Shown here one piece after another: positions 39,801 to 51,623 of a DNA stretch of 64,000 nt. Each line of letters opens with the position of its first letter. The first letter of the stretch is position 1. Below the pieces are notes generated by a model, which made no database searches, was not told the DNA's origin, and worked only from the letters and a program-made list of their open reading frames with translations. The DNA comes from Burkholderiaceae bacterium. GTDB lineage: Bacteria; Pseudomonadota; Gammaproteobacteria; Burkholderiales; Burkholderiaceae_C. Location of the stretch: assembly GCA_046155225.1 (NCBI GenBank), contig JBJXED010000039.1:3742-67741 (forward strand). Direction: 5' to 3'. Position numbers and translations under genes: made by a program.

Positions 39801-40130
39801 CAGGGCTTTCGCTTGATAGCGACCAAGGGCACAGCCGCTGCCATCAACGCCGCTGGCCTGGCTTGCGAGAGCGTCAACAAAGTCACCGAAGGCCGCCCGC
39901 ATGTGGTGGACATGATCAAGAACGACGAGATATCGCTCGTTATCAACACCGTGGAAGAGCGGCGCAATGCCATCAAGGACTCGCGCGCTATCCGCACCTC
40001 GGCGCTGCTCGCTCGGGTGACGACCTACACCACGATTGCGGGTGCAGAAGCGGCGGCGCTGGGGATGCAATACATCGACCAGCTCGGCGTGATTTCAGTC
40101 CAGGAGATGCACGCGCAGCTGGTGGCCTGA
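36870..40130 (+). CDS. carB: Carbamoyl-phosphate synthase large subunit
   Basis: [30 protein letters not shown], duplicated ATP-grasp halves, and an MGS-like C-terminus. 8-nt overlap with carA. Confidence 0.96.
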   Translation: MPRRSDIKSILIIGAGPIVIGQACEFDYSGVQACKALREEGYKVILINSNPATIMTDPATADVTYIEPITWQTVEKIIAKEKPDAILPTMGGQTALNCALDLWRHGVLEKHGVELIGASPEAIDKAEDRLKFKDAMTKIGLGSARSGIAHSMDEAWAVQKTVGFPTVIRPSFTLGGTGGGIAYNPEEFEVICKRGIEASPTSELLIEESLLGWKEFEMEVVRDKADNCIIVCSIENLDPMGVHTGDSITVAPAQTLTDKEYQILRNASLAVLREIGVDTGGSNVQFAINPADGRMVVIEMNPRVSRSSALASKATGFPIAKVAAKLAVGYTLDELRNDITGGATPASFEPSIDYVVTKIPRFAFEKFPTADARLTTQMKSVGEVMAIGRTFQESFQKALRGLEVGVDGLNEKTQDREVLEKELGEPGPERIWYVGDAFAQGMSVTEVHALTKIDPWFLVQIEDIVKIELELERHTLAGLDRPTLLALKKKGFSDRRLARQLKTTDTAVRQARLAFNVRPVFKRVDTCAAEFATDTAYLYSTYEEECEALPTSNKKIMVLGGGPNRIGQGIEFDYCCVHAALALREDGYETIMVNCNPETVSTDYDTSDRLYFEPLTLEDVLEIVDKEKPLGVIVQYGGQTPLKLALDLEANGVPIIGTSPDMIDAAEDRERFQKLLHVLGLRQPPNATARAEPEALEKAAALGYPLVVRPSYVLGGRAMEIVHEQRDLERYMREAVKVSHDSPVLLDRFLNDAIECDVDAICDGQRVFIGGVMEHIEQAGVHSGDSACSLPPYSLSKETIDELKRQTAAMARALQVVGLMNVQFAIQQLPDASGAVQDVIYVLEVNPRASRTVPYVSKATGIPLAKVAARCMVGQSLDAQGIQAEVTPPYFSVKEAVFPFVKFPGVDTILGPEMKSTGEVMGVGKTFGEAFVKSQLGAGTKLPRPFKPDGSAAGKVFLTVKNADKPRAIEVARQLSAQGFRLIATKGTAAAINAAGLACESVNKVTEGRPHVVDMIKNDEISLVINTVEERRNAIKDSRAIRTSALLARVTTYTTIAGAEAAALGMQYIDQLGVISVQEMHAQLVA

Positions 40131-40185
40131 GTGGCGGCCACCGCCGCTGGCAGGTGGGCAGACCCGGCATAATTCCGTCAGCACA

Positions 40186-40221
40186 CCCGCCCGGCCCCAG
40201 CGCTGGGCGGTTTTCTTTTTT
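40186..40221 (+). terminator. Terminator after carB
   Basis: CCCGCCC-GGCCCCAGCGCT-GGGCGG followed by TTTTCTTTTTT. Confidence 0.6.
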
Positions 40222-40254
40222 ATGCCGCGCAGCGGCTTGCCTTGAGATACCGAC

Positions 40255-40731
40255 ATGACCACCTTACCGATCACCAAACGCGGCGCGGAAAAGCTCAAAA
40301 CCGAGCTGCACAAGCTCAAAACCGTAGACCGCCCCTGGGTCATTAACGCGATTGCCGAGGCGCGCGCGCAGGGCGATCTGAGTGAGAACGCCGAATACGA
40401 CGCCGCCAAAGACCGGCAAGGCTTTATCGAAGGGCGTATCCAGGAGATCGAGAGCAAACTGTCAATGGCACAAATCATTGACCCGTCGGCTTTGCATGCC
40501 GAGGGCAAGGTGGTGTTCGGCTCGACGGTGGAGCTGGAAGACGAGGACACCGGCGACAAAGTCACCTACCAGATCGTCGGCGAAGACGAGGCCGATTTGA
40601 AGCTCGGCCTGGTCAATATCTCTAGCCCGATTGCCCGCGCCCTGATTGGCAAAGACGAAGGCGATGTGGCCGAAGTGGTGGCGCCGGGGGGCATCAAGCG
40701 CTACGAAATTATGCGCGTCAGCTACGTTTAG
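40255..40731 (+). CDS. greA: Transcription elongation factor GreA
   Basis: [18 protein letters not shown] ... [22 protein letters not shown] ... C-terminal FKBP-like domain. Confidence 0.95.
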   Translation: MTTLPITKRGAEKLKTELHKLKTVDRPWVINAIAEARAQGDLSENAEYDAAKDRQGFIEGRIQEIESKLSMAQIIDPSALHAEGKVVFGSTVELEDEDTGDKVTYQIVGEDEADLKLGLVNISSPIARALIGKDEGDVAEVVAPGGIKRYEIMRVSYV

Positions 40732-40736
40732 CCTTC

Positions 40737-41234
40737 ATGACATCGGCCATGCTGCGCTATCTCAGCAACGTCTTGTACGTTCAGCTTTCGCCAGAGCGCC
40801 TGACGGTGCGCAACGCCAAAACTGGCGAAGCCGTATCGGAAGTGCCGGAGATCGCAATCTCGGATGGACCGAGAGGTAAATTGATTGCGGTGGGCGCTGA
40901 GGCACGCGCCCTACACTCAGGCCAGCCAGTCAACATAGTCAATCCATTCGCGCACCCACGCACGCTGGTTTCCGACTTCACGCTTGGGCAGCAAGTTCTC
41001 AAGGCGTTCCTTCAGCGCATCGGTGGCCAAAGTATCTTCACACTCGCGCCAGAAATCGTGATGCACCCGCAAGGCAATACTGCAGGCGGCCTTACGCAAA
41101 TCGAGATTCGAACTCTGCATGAAATGGCGCTTGGTGCGGGAGCCAGTCAAGTCAAAGTGTGGCAAGGCCGCTTACTCACAGACCAGGAACTGCTGTCGCG
41201 CCAGTTTCCATCCGAAGGCCAAGTTCTCTCGTGA
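40737..41234 (+). CDS. MreB-like half actin-fold protein (N-terminal half only, no phosphate-binding motif)
   Basis: 165 aa, ATG 5 nt after the greA stop. Collinear with E. coli MreB residues about 10-160: IAVGAEAR vs [38 protein letters not shown] vs [53 protein letters not shown] vs [23 protein letters not shown]. Confidence 0.6.
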   Translation: [165 protein letters not shown]

Positions 41235-41282
41235 AGCAGGCGGGCAACTCACCTATCGCAATAGTTTTCTTGCTACTCGGTT

Positions 41283-41825
41283 ATGCGCTTCATCTCAAGC
41301 ACAATGCGCCGTCTTGACCGCTGTCCCATGTGCAAATTTCGAGTACCTATAACTGAACTTAACCGCTCTTTCCGGAAATGGGCAGTCACCGCGTTAGGTA
41401 TCTTGATCGTGGTGAACTTTATTTTGCCTAACGGCATAAGCCGCGACACTGTGATCATGATGGCCTCTATTTCAGTGGCTGGTTACTTCTATGCTAAGCA
41501 ACACGTCTGGCTTAGCTTGTCGGCAGATGGAATCAGTGGGCGTGGTTATACAAATCGAAGAATAGAAATTTCTTGGCACTACACAATTACCGTCAACACG
41601 GTCAAAAAATCAGATATGGACGGCGTTGAGATTCGCACCTTGGAGAATGATGGTTTTGTCAAGAAGCAGATATTGAGCTTGTTCATTCCCAGCGCAATTG
41701 CCGTTACGCCAGAATTCTTAGCTGCGGTTGCCAAGTTCGCCCCCCTGATCATCTTTTTAAAACGCTCTTTAAAAATGCTCCGTAATACTGCACTCCAGCG
41801 GTTGTCAGCAGGCAAACTGGGATAG
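41283..41825 (+). CDS. Hypothetical membrane protein, visibly lower GC than its neighbours
   Basis: 180-aa ORF with an N-terminal CPMC pair, two hydrophobic segments, then a soluble beta-rich region. I recognise no family, and the start is uncertain. Confidence 0.5.
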   Translation: MRFISSTMRRLDRCPMCKFRVPITELNRSFRKWAVTALGILIVVNFILPNGISRDTVIMMASISVAGYFYAKQHVWLSLSADGISGRGYTNRRIEISWHYTITVNTVKKSDMDGVEIRTLENDGFVKKQILSLFIPSAIAVTPEFLAAVAKFAPLIIFLKRSLKMLRNTALQRLSAGKLG

Positions 41826-41924
41826 CGCTACCCAGACTTGCCCAATCTCCGCAGACTGTTTCGCGTTGCTCGACCTCCGGGCTGCACCGCACGCAATGCA
41901 GCGTCAAATCCGCGCCAGTTTGAG

Positions 41925-42407
41925 ATGAATTCACACCCTGCCCGCTTCCTCAATTTGCTGCGCCGCCGCGTGCCGTTGCTGGCTGCCGCCTTGTGGTGGG
42001 GCAGTTTGACGGCCTTGGGCGCGGTGGTGGTGCCGCTGCTGTTCGTGCATTTGCCCACGCCGGCCATGGCGGGGGCGTTGGCGGCCAAGCTGTTTACCGC
42101 GCAAACCTGGCTGGGAATCGGCTGTGCCGGCCTGTTATTGCTGCTTTTAAGGTCAAATCAGGCTGTAGCCAGCGAAGAACATGCCCATGACGCTACTATT
42201 TTTGTAGTAATCGGCTTGTTGCTGGTGCTGCTTTTGGAGTTTGGGGTGGCGTCGCGCATCACGGCTGCGCGGGCTCTGGGCGCGGATATCAAGCTTTGGC
42301 ACGGCGTGGGCAGTGCCATGTTCGCCTTGCAGTGGCTCAGCACCGGTGTGGTGCTGTGGCGGCTGGCTGGGGGCAAGCCCGCAGGGCAGGGTTCAGCCGA
42401 GTTGTGA
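41925..42407 (+). CDS. DUF4149-like membrane protein
   Basis: From the internal ATG: MNSHPARFLNLLRRRVPLLAAALWWGSLTALGAVVVPLLF ... four TM segments. Conserved position between greA and yhbY. Contains repeat copy E in frame. Confidence 0.68.
   Translation: MNSHPARFLNLLRRRVPLLAAALWWGSLTALGAVVVPLLFVHLPTPAMAGALAAKLFTAQTWLGIGCAGLLLLLLRSNQAVASEEHAHDATIFVVIGLLLVLLLEFGVASRITAARALGADIKLWHGVGSAMFALQWLSTGVVLWRLAGGKPAGQGSAEL
42145..42208 (+). repeat. AT-rich repeat family, copy E (inside the DUF4149-like gene)
   Basis: TTTTAAGGTCAAATCAGGCTGTAGCCAGCGAAGAACATGCCCATGACGCTACTATTTTTGTAGT. Confidence 0.78.
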
Positions 42408-42866
42408 GCGCTTGACGCTGGTTTGCTTGGGTTTGGCGCGCTTGACCTTGCCGCCCGGCGTGAGCCGCTGGTTGCCCAGCACGCGCAGGGTTTTGACTTC
42501 GGGCCGCTGGCCGCCGCGCGTGCTGTACTTGAGCACCTTGAATTCGCGCGGGCCGCTTTGGCGGTCCTCATCCCGAACTTTCTCCTTGGCAGGAATGGGC
42601 CGCCACAGCACCAGCAGTTTGCCGATATGCTGAATGGGCGCTGCAGCCAGATCATGGGCGAGCTGCTGGAACATCTGTTCGCGCGCCGGGCGGTCGCCTT
42701 CGAGCACGCGGATTTTGATCAGGCCGTGTGCACTCAGCGCGGCGTCGGTTTCTTTTTTGACTGCAGGCGTGAGGCCGTCGCTGCCCACCATGACCACAGG
42801 GTCCAGGTGATGGGCGTCTGAGCGGTGCGATTTGCGCTGGGCGGGGGTGAGTTGAATTAGAGGCAT
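42393..42866 (-). CDS. yhbY: YhbY-type (CRS1/CRM domain) ribosome-assembly RNA-binding protein with a basic C-terminal extension
   Basis: LTPAQRKSHRSDAHHLDPVVMVGSDGLTPAVKKETDAALSAHGLIKIRV. Divergent from rlmE, as is usual. Confidence 0.8.
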   Translation of the reverse strand: MPLIQLTPAQRKSHRSDAHHLDPVVMVGSDGLTPAVKKETDAALSAHGLIKIRVLEGDRPAREQMFQQLAHDLAAAPIQHIGKLLVLWRPIPAKEKVRDEDRQSGPREFKVLKYSTRGGQRPEVKTLRVLGNQRLTPGGKVKRAKPKQTSVKRSQLG

Positions 42867-42971
42867 GTGCGTATTATCGTGTTCCTACTGCATTGGCAAA
42901 AAGATGAAGATTAATCCGCTTGGAACAGCGCATGCGCCGCACGGCTGGTCTGTCCCGCAAAGAAAACCCTT

Positions 42972-43667
42972 GTGAAAACCAAGACGCAAAGCAAGAAAGT
43001 CAACAAGGCTTGGCTGAACGACCATGTCAACGACACCTACGTCAAGCTCGCGCAAAAAGAGGGTTTTCGCTCGCGTGCGGCCTACAAGCTGAGTGAAATC
43101 GACGAAACCCTGGGCCTTATCAAACCCGGCCATTGGGTGGTGGATTTAGGCAGTGCCCCCGGCGCATGGAGCCAGTACCTCCGGCGTCGTTTATCGCCGC
43201 AAGGCGCAGCGGTTGGCGAACTCAATGGCCAAATTTTTGCGTTGGACTTGCTGCCGATGGAGCCTGTGGAAGGCGTGCAATTCCTGCAGGGTGACTTTCG
43301 TGAAGAGGCGCTGTTGCACCAACTCGAAGCCCTGCTGGCGGGGCGGCGGGTTGATGTGGTGGTGTCGGACATGGCGCCCAACCTGTCGGGTATTGAGTCC
43401 GCCGATGCGGCGCGCATTGCGCATCTGGTCGAACTGGCCCTTGAGTTCAGCCAAAAGCACCTCAGCTTGGAAGGAGCGCTGGTAGCCAAGGTGTTTCATG
43501 GCGGGGCGTATGCTCCGTTGGTGAAAGCGTTCAAGGCGCAGTTCAAATTGGTCAAGCCGTTTAAACCCAAGGCCTCACGCGGGAAATCTTCTGAGACATT
43601 TTTGGTCGGAATTGGTCTTCAGAAAAGCGCGGCAGCGCCACAGGCTGCGGATGCAAACGCAGGTTAA
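42972..43667 (+). CDS. rlmE: 23S rRNA (uridine2552-2'-O)-methyltransferase
   Basis: [43 protein letters not shown], and [14 protein letters not shown] start. Confidence 0.9.
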   Translation: MKTKTQSKKVNKAWLNDHVNDTYVKLAQKEGFRSRAAYKLSEIDETLGLIKPGHWVVDLGSAPGAWSQYLRRRLSPQGAAVGELNGQIFALDLLPMEPVEGVQFLQGDFREEALLHQLEALLAGRRVDVVVSDMAPNLSGIESADAARIAHLVELALEFSQKHLSLEGALVAKVFHGGAYAPLVKAFKAQFKLVKPFKPKASRGKSSETFLVGIGLQKSAAAPQAADANAG

Positions 43668-43784
43668 TTCACGCTTTGTCCCTTTGACGGCTATGGCTGC
43701 GGTAGCCTTCGAAGATCGCCTTGGCACGGCCAAGCCCTAAAATGCGTTGTCTTTTTATGACATGTTCTTGAATCGGAGCACAGC

Positions 43785-45698
<1,914 letters not shown>

Positions 45699-45720
45699 GT
45701 TCACTGGGGTATAGGTTTAC

Positions 45721-45749
45721 AAACGGGGCCTTCATGCCCCGTTTTCTTT
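45721..45749 (+). terminator. Terminator after ftsH
   Basis: AAACGGGGCC-TTCAT-GCCCCGTTTTCTTT. Confidence 0.6.
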
Positions 45750-45756
45750 GGCGAGA

Positions 45757-46641
45757 GTGACGCTCACCGTGTTCTGGCAAACCACCCATTACCGTATTGA
45801 CCTGACCCAGCCGCGCGTGATGGGCATCGTCAACCTTACGCCCGATTCTTTTTCCGACGGCGGCGACTACTACCAGCCCGGCGGCGGCATTGCAGCGGCA
45901 ATGCGGCAATGCGAGCGCTTGGTGCATGACGGTGCCGACATGCTCGACCTCGGGGCCGAGTCCTCGCGCCCCGGTGCATTGCCGCTGCCGCAGGAAGAAG
46001 AGTTGGCGCGGCTTTTGCCCGTGCTGCAAGAGGCTGTCAAGCTGGGCGTGCCGATCTCGGTGGACACCTACAAGCCGCAGGTCATGCAGGCGGCCTTGGA
46101 TGCCGGTGCCGATGTCATCAACGACATCTGGGCGTTGCGCCAGCCGGGTGCGGCCGCGCTGGTCGCCGCCCACCCGAGTTGCGGCGTGTGCCTGATGCAC
46201 ATGCACCGCGACCCGCAAACCATGCAAACGCTGCCGATGACAGGCGATGCCGTGCCGCAAGTGCTCTTATTTTTGAAGCAACAGGTGCAATATATAAAAG
46301 GGCTAGGGGTCGACTCTTCAAGAATTTGCCTCGATCCGGGCATTGGGTTCGGCAAAACCATGGTGCAGAACTTTGCGCTGCTGGCGCACCAAACGCAGCT
46401 GCTGACACTGGGCCACCCCCTGCTGCTGGGCTGGTCACGCAAGTCCTCGCTGGCGGCGGCCATCAACCCCTCGCTGTCCAGCGCGGCGGCACTGGCTGCC
46501 AATGACCGCATGGTGCCCAGTGTCGCGGCCGCGCTGCTGGCGGTTGAGCGTGGCGCGCGCGTGCTGCGGGTGCATGATGTGCGCGAGACGCTGCAGGTGC
46601 TCAAGGTCTGGCAAGCCATGCAAAATGCGGCGCAGGTCTAG
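45757..46641 (+). CDS. folP: Dihydropteroate synthase
   Basis: VMGIVNLTPDSFSDGG, DMLDLGAESSRPG, and INDIW. GTG 45757 is preferred over TTG 45748, which sits in the terminator T-run. Confidence 0.9.
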   Translation: MTLTVFWQTTHYRIDLTQPRVMGIVNLTPDSFSDGGDYYQPGGGIAAAMRQCERLVHDGADMLDLGAESSRPGALPLPQEEELARLLPVLQEAVKLGVPISVDTYKPQVMQAALDAGADVINDIWALRQPGAAALVAAHPSCGVCLMHMHRDPQTMQTLPMTGDAVPQVLLFLKQQVQYIKGLGVDSSRICLDPGIGFGKTMVQNFALLAHQTQLLTLGHPLLLGWSRKSSLAAAINPSLSSAAALAANDRMVPSVAAALLAVERGARVLRVHDVRETLQVLKVWQAMQNAAQV

Positions 46642-46714
46642 CCGCTACCGCACAGACCACAGCGCAACATTCCCGGTAGCGTCGGGCCGTTAAAAAAACA
46701 ATGAAAAACATCCC

Positions 46715-48058
46715 ATGACCAGAAAATACTTTGGCACCGATGGCATTCGCGGCACCGTAGGCCAGCACCCCATCGTGCCTGATTTTGTGATGATGCTGGC
46801 GCACGCCGTGGGCCGCGTGCTGAAGAAAGCAGAGGCGCGGCCGGTCGTGCTGATTGGCAAAGACACGCGCATTTCCGGCTATATGCTCGAGTCGGCGCTG
46901 GAGTCGGGCTTCAACTCGGCAGGTGTCGATGTGATTTTGCTGGGGCCTCTTCCCACCCCCGGCGTGGCGTACCTGACGCGGGCTTTGCGCGCCAGCCTGG
47001 GCGTGGTCATAAGCGCCAGCCACAACCCGTATGCCGACAACGGCATTAAATTCTTCAGCGCGGCAGGCACCAAACTCAGCGACGCCTGGGAGCTTGATGT
47101 CGAGGCCGCGCTGGAGATTCCCCCCACCTGGGCCGACTCGGCCCATGTCGGCAAAAGCCGACGCCTGGAAGACGCGGCGGGACGCTACATCGAGTTTTGC
47201 AAGAGCACGTTTTCCAATGACCTCACGCTCAAGGGCCTGCGCATCGTGGTGGATGGTGCGCACGGGGCGGCCTACCAGATTGCCCCCAAGGTATTTCACG
47301 AACTCGGTGCCGAGGTCATTTCCATGGGCTGCGCGCCCGACGGCTTCAACATCAACGACGGCGTGGGCGCCACGCACCCGCAGGCGTTGGTCCAGAAAGT
47401 GGCCGAGCAGCGCGCCGACTACGGCATTGCGCTCGACGGTGACGCCGACCGGGTGCAAATTGTCGATGCGCAGGGCCGTCTCTACAACGGTGACGAGTTG
47501 CTGTACCTGATGCTGTCCGAGCGGCTGGCGCGCGGCGAGTCCGTGCCTGGCGTGGTCGGCACGCTCATGACCAACATGGCGGTGGAACTGGCGGTGCGTG
47601 CGCGGGGCGTCGAACTGGTGCGTTCTGCGGTCGGCGACCGTTACGTGCTGGAAGCGCTGGAACAACGCGGCTGGCTGCTCGGCGGCGAGGGCTCGGGCCA
47701 TTTGCTCGCGCTGGACAAGCACACCACCGGTGACGGCCTGATCAGCGCGCTGCAAGTGCTGCAAGCCACCCAGCGCAGCGGGCAGACGCTGGCGGCGCTG
47801 CTCGATGACGTGACGCTGTTTCCGCAAACCTTGATCAATGTGCGCCTCAAGCCCGGCCAGAACAGCAAACACCTGCAAGCCGATGCACGGCTGGTGCAAG
47901 CCGTGCTGGAGGCTGAAGCCGCGCTGGCGGGGGCAGGCCGCGTCCTGATTCGCGCCAGCGGCACCGAGCCGGTGCTGCGCGTAATGGTCGAGGCGCGCGA
48001 TGCCTTGCAAGCCCAGGCCAGCGCGCAAATGCTGGCGGACGTGGTGCAGGCGCTCTGA
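46715..48058 (+). CDS. glmM: Phosphoglucosamine mutase
   Basis: YFGTDGIRG; phosphoserine loop [15 protein letters not shown]; GDGDADR-like LDGDADR. Confidence 0.96.
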   Translation: MTRKYFGTDGIRGTVGQHPIVPDFVMMLAHAVGRVLKKAEARPVVLIGKDTRISGYMLESALESGFNSAGVDVILLGPLPTPGVAYLTRALRASLGVVISASHNPYADNGIKFFSAAGTKLSDAWELDVEAALEIPPTWADSAHVGKSRRLEDAAGRYIEFCKSTFSNDLTLKGLRIVVDGAHGAAYQIAPKVFHELGAEVISMGCAPDGFNINDGVGATHPQALVQKVAEQRADYGIALDGDADRVQIVDAQGRLYNGDELLYLMLSERLARGESVPGVVGTLMTNMAVELAVRARGVELVRSAVGDRYVLEALEQRGWLLGGEGSGHLLALDKHTTGDGLISALQVLQATQRSGQTLAALLDDVTLFPQTLINVRLKPGQNSKHLQADARLVQAVLEAEAALAGAGRVLIRASGTEPVLRVMVEARDALQAQASAQMLADVVQAL

Positions 48059-48079
48059 TTCGAGAGGCGCGCGCTGGCC

Positions 48080-48592
48080 ATGGGCATCCAACTCGTTCGC
48101 GCCGATTACGCCAACGCTCGCCACTCGCAGGCGCTGGTTGCCTTGCTCAGTGCCTATGCACTAGACCCGGCTGGCGGTGGCCAACCTTTGTCAGACTATG
48201 CCAAGGCGCATGTAGTGGCCGGTTTGGCGCAGCGTCCGCAGGCTTTCAGTGTGCTGGCCTTTGACACCGATTCAAGTGCCGGTTTTGATGCCGATTCAGC
48301 TGCGGTGGGCTTGGTCAATTGCTTTGAAGGCTTTTCCACCTTTGCCGCCAGGCCGCTGGTCAACGTGCACGATGTGGTGGTGTTGCCCAGCCACCGGGGG
48401 CAGGGCGTGGCGCAGCAGATGCTGCTGCGGGTAGAGCAAATGGCCCGCGAGCGCGGTGCGTGCAAGCTCACGCTCGAAGTGCTGGGCAGCAATCACCGCG
48501 CGCTGGGCTTGTACCAGCGCCTGGGCTTTGCCGCCTACCAGCTGGACCCCGCCATGGGGCAGGCGCAGTTTTTGCAGAAATGGCTGCCCTGA
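48080..48592 (+). CDS. GNAT-family N-acetyltransferase
   Basis: Acetyl-CoA pocket VVVLPSHRGQGVAQQML ... LGLYQRLGF. Confidence 0.75.
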   Translation: MGIQLVRADYANARHSQALVALLSAYALDPAGGGQPLSDYAKAHVVAGLAQRPQAFSVLAFDTDSSAGFDADSAAVGLVNCFEGFSTFAARPLVNVHDVVVLPSHRGQGVAQQMLLRVEQMARERGACKLTLEVLGSNHRALGLYQRLGFAAYQLDPAMGQAQFLQKWLP

Positions 48593-48639
48593 GTTTGGGT
48601 TGCCGTGAGGTTTGCGCTGAGTAATGAATCGCGCCTGAG

Positions 48640-48707
48640 CAACTCAAAACTTATAGCGGGACTGGCAATAAATACCTTGGCTAGAGGTCAATTTGGCATC
48701 AAAAATG
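48640..48707 (-). repeat. AT-rich repeat family, copy F (inverted orientation, intergenic)
   Basis: The reverse complement reads CATTTTTGATGCCAAATTGACCTCTAGCCAAGGTATTTATTGCCAGTCCCGCTATAAGTTTTGAGTTGC, nearly collinear with copy B. Confidence 0.75.
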
Positions 48708-48830
48708 CGCAGAAAAGTCGATTTCGAGCGTTTCTAGGCCCCTCCCAAGCTTTTGGCAGGCAAGATGCCTCTGGGTGAGGTCAAGGTCATTCCCCGTATT
48801 TCGGCATCAGCCAGGCGCGCTGGACTGTGC

Positions 48831-49529
48831 TCAAACAACGGCACCAAACAAGCTGCCGACACCCGCCGTCACCACCATTGCAAGGGCACCCCAAAAGCTC
48901 ACGCGGCCAGCACCGCGCCACATTCCTGCGCCACCGGCACGCGCCGCCAGAGCCCCCAACAGCGCCAGGAAAATAAGCGACAACCCGGCTACCCAGAACA
49001 GCAGCGCCTGCGCGGGTGCCAACCAAGCCACTGCCAGCGGCAGCGCTGCGCCCACGGCAAAGCTGGCGGCCGAGGCCAGCGCAGCTTGAACCGGTCTCGC
49101 GCTGAAAGCCGCTGAGATGCCCAGTTCGTCGCGTGCATGCGCACCGATGGCGTCGTGCTGCATCAGTTGCTCGGCCACTTGCTTCGCCAGGGCGGGCGTT
49201 AATCCGCGACTGACATAGATGGCGGCCAGCTCACGCTGCTCGGCCGCAGGGTCGGCATGCAGCTCGGCGCGTTCACGCGCCAAATCGGCACGCTCGGTGT
49301 CGGCTTGCGAATGCACTGAAACATATTCGCCTGCCGCCATCGACATAGCCCCTGCTACCAACGCGGCAATGCCGGTGACCAGCACGCTGTCAGCACTGGC
49401 GTGCGCTGCGGCCACGCCCACCAGCAAACTGGCAGTCGACACAATGCCGTCGTTGGCACCCAACACGGAGGCACGCAGCCAGCCAATGCGGTCGCTGCGG
49501 TGGCGTTCGGGGTGGGTAGTGCGGGTCAT
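48831..49529 (-). CDS. VIT1/CCC1-family (iron/manganese) transporter
   Basis: WLRASVLGANDGIVSTASLLVGVAAA plus C-terminal TM helices. Lies 42 nt downstream of arsH on the same strand. Confidence 0.8.
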   Translation of the reverse strand: MTRTTHPERHRSDRIGWLRASVLGANDGIVSTASLLVGVAAAHASADSVLVTGIAALVAGAMSMAAGEYVSVHSQADTERADLARERAELHADPAAEQRELAAIYVSRGLTPALAKQVAEQLMQHDAIGAHARDELGISAAFSARPVQAALASAASFAVGAALPLAVAWLAPAQALLFWVAGLSLIFLALLGALAARAGGAGMWRGAGRVSFWGALAMVVTAGVGSLFGAVV

Positions 49530-49571
49530 AGGGCTGGCAGATGCATGAAGCCAGCATAACGCCAGACGCGG

Positions 49572-50318
49572 TCAGCGCGGCGTGTCAGGGAGCAGGACCT
49601 GCTTTTTTTCGGCTCCGAGCTGCTCTGAATAGCGTTCGGTCAGCAGCCCGGCGTGCGGCCGCAGCAGCACGGTGATGCGCACCAGCTCCTGCATCACATC
49701 CACAATGCGGTCGTAGTAGGCGCTGGGGCGCATGCGCCCGGCGTCGTCAAACTCCTGGTAGGCCATGGCCACGCTCGACTGGTTGGGGATGGTGAACATG
49801 CGCATCCAGCGGCCCAAGAGGCGCAAGCCGTTGACCGCGTTGAATGATTGCGAGCCGCCGCTGACTTGCATCACCGCCAGAGTGCGGCCCTGCGTCGGGC
49901 GCAGCCCGCCGAGTTCCAGCGGCAAGTGGTCAATTTGCGCCTTCATCACGGCCGTTACGGCGCCATGCCGCTCGGGGCTGCACCAGACCTGGCCTTCCGA
50001 CCACAGGGCGTGCTCGCGCAATGCGTGCACCGCGGGGTGGTCATCAAGGGGTGTCAGGCCGGGCAGCGGCAGATCGCTGGGGTCAAAAATCCGCACGTCG
50101 CAGCCAAAGTAGATCAGCAGGCGCGCGGCTTCTTCGGTGGCCAGCCGTGAGAACGAGCGCGGCCGCAGCGAGCCGTATAGCAGCAAAATGCGCGGCGGGT
50201 GGGCCAGCAGGTCGGGTAAGCCAGCGGCGGGCGCAGGCGGTGCAAAGGCTTGGCGCAGCGCGGGCAGGTCGTGCGGCGCGGGAAGCTGGCGCAAGCGGTC
50301 GGAAAGAGGTGGGTTCAT
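49572..50318 (-). CDS. arsH: Arsenical resistance protein ArsH (NADPH-dependent FMN reductase)
   Basis: From the internal ATG (248 aa): [17 protein letters not shown] ... [20 protein letters not shown] ... [25 protein letters not shown]. Confidence 0.9.
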   Translation of the reverse strand: MNPPLSDRLRQLPAPHDLPALRQAFAPPAPAAGLPDLLAHPPRILLLYGSLRPRSFSRLATEEAARLLIYFGCDVRIFDPSDLPLPGLTPLDDHPAVHALREHALWSEGQVWCSPERHGAVTAVMKAQIDHLPLELGGLRPTQGRTLAVMQVSGGSQSFNAVNGLRLLGRWMRMFTIPNQSSVAMAYQEFDDAGRMRPSAYYDRIVDVMQELVRITVLLRPHAGLLTERYSEQLGAEKKQVLLPDTPR

Positions 50319-50356
50319 GAAGAAAAGCGCAAATCTGCAACTGCAGTAAAAGTTTC

Positions 50357-51067
50357 CTATTGCGGCTTCAGCGCCCTGGCCAGTGCCACACCCAGCGCCG
50401 CGCCGACGCATTGCGCCAGCACAAAGCCCGGCGCGCTGGCCGGTGCTATCCCGGCAAAGCTGTCCGACAGCATGCGCCCCAGCACGGCGGCAGGGTTGGC
50501 AAAGCTGGTGCTGGCGGTGAACCAGTAGGCCGCGCCGATATAGCAGGCCACCAGCGCGCTGGCTTTTGCATGCACACCCTGCGCAGCGCTGCGCAAAATC
50601 ACAAACAGCAGCCCGCCCGTGGCCACCGCCTCGGCAATCCACTGGCCCCAGCCGCTGAACTCGCCGCTGGCCAACCAGCCGCCGCGCACTTTGCTGCTCC
50701 ACTGGAGCATGTCCAGACCGAACATGGCATGCGCCAGCCACGCCCCGCAGACGGCACCGAGCAACTGCGCCGCTATGAAAATGATTGCTGTGCTGGCAGT
50801 ATTTGCCTTGGCTGGAGCCTGATTTAGTGCCAAAACCAGCGTCACCAGCGGGTTGAAGTGTGCGCCACTGACCGGTCCCAGCACCTCGATCAGCACATAC
50901 AGCGCAAACACTGTCACCAGGGTATTGGCCAGCAGCGCCAGGCCGGTATTGCCGCCCGAGAGCTGCTCGGCCATGATGCCCGAGCCGATCACCGCGCACA
51001 GCAGTCCGGCAGTGCCCACCCCTTCGGCCAGCGCTTGCTGCGGCAGCGAGTAGTGCGGCGCGCTCAC
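50357..51067 (-). CDS. aqpS: MIP-family channel (aquaglyceroporin, AqpS-like) in the ars operon
   Basis: [10 protein letters not shown] (first NPx box) and ...[10 protein letters not shown] (second NPA box), six TM segments. GTGA overlap with arsC. Confidence 0.82.
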   Translation of the reverse strand: MSAPHYSLPQQALAEGVGTAGLLCAVIGSGIMAEQLSGGNTGLALLANTLVTVFALYVLIEVLGPVSGAHFNPLVTLVLALNQAPAKANTASTAIIFIAAQLLGAVCGAWLAHAMFGLDMLQWSSKVRGGWLASGEFSGWGQWIAEAVATGGLLFVILRSAAQGVHAKASALVACYIGAAYWFTASTSFANPAAVLGRMLSDSFAGIAPASAPGFVLAQCVGAALGVALARALKPQ

Positions 51068-51600
51068 GCGGCAGTGGCTTCGGGGGTGGTGGCGGAGCTG
51101 GCCAGGGCGCGGGCCTCGGTTTGCAACCGTATTTTGTCCATTTTCGCCAGCGGCAGGTTCACCATGATCTCCAGCCGCAGGCCAATTTCGTGCAGCGTCC
51201 TGCGAAAGGCGTCGTGGCGCACTTCCTCGCTGCCCATCACCTCGCTGGGGTCGGCGTAGCCCCAGTGCGCAGTGGCGGGCTGGCCCGGCCAGTGCGGGCA
51301 GACCTCGCCCGCGGCGTTGTCACAGACGGTGATCACCAGGTCCATCTGCGGCGCATCCGAGAGCGCAAATTCGTCCCAGCTTTTGCTGCGCAAGCCTTCG
51401 GTCGGGATGCCGGCATGCTCCAGCGCCGCCAGCGCCAGCGGGTTGGGCTGCTGGTGGTCGCGCGGGTGGCTGCCGGCCGAGTAGGCGCGGTATTTGCCTC
51501 GGCCGATTTTGTTCAGCAAGGCTTCGGCCAGAATGCTGCGCGCCGAATTGTGGGTGCATAAAAACAAGACATTGATGAGGGGGTGTTGGTTTTCAGTCAT
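51064..51600 (-). CDS. arsC: Arsenate reductase, LMW-PTPase (thioredoxin-coupled) type
   Basis: P-loop [12 protein letters not shown] (CX5R) and a downstream Cys pair, [11 protein letters not shown]. Confidence 0.9.
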   Translation of the reverse strand: MTENQHPLINVLFLCTHNSARSILAEALLNKIGRGKYRAYSAGSHPRDHQQPNPLALAALEHAGIPTEGLRSKSWDEFALSDAPQMDLVITVCDNAAGEVCPHWPGQPATAHWGYADPSEVMGSEEVRHDAFRRTLHEIGLRLEIMVNLPLAKMDKIRLQTEARALASSATTPEATAA

Positions 51601-51623
51601 GGCGGCTCCTTGGGACGGTTGGA

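Noticed and set aside
38688-40070. 460-aa ORF antisense to carB (with similar ones at 14274-15506, 46601-48124, 57854-58819, 33735-34637, 44100-45053 and 53264-54097)
   Set aside because: All lie wholly inside strongly supported genes on the other strand and have Arg/His/Gly/Ala-rich translations. They are treated as GC-driven open frames.
50319-50999. N-terminal 227 codons of the 475-aa ORF containing arsH
   Set aside because: The extension overlaps the MIP channel gene in another frame and translates to Arg/Gly/Cys-rich junk. ArsH homology begins at the internal ATG (50318).
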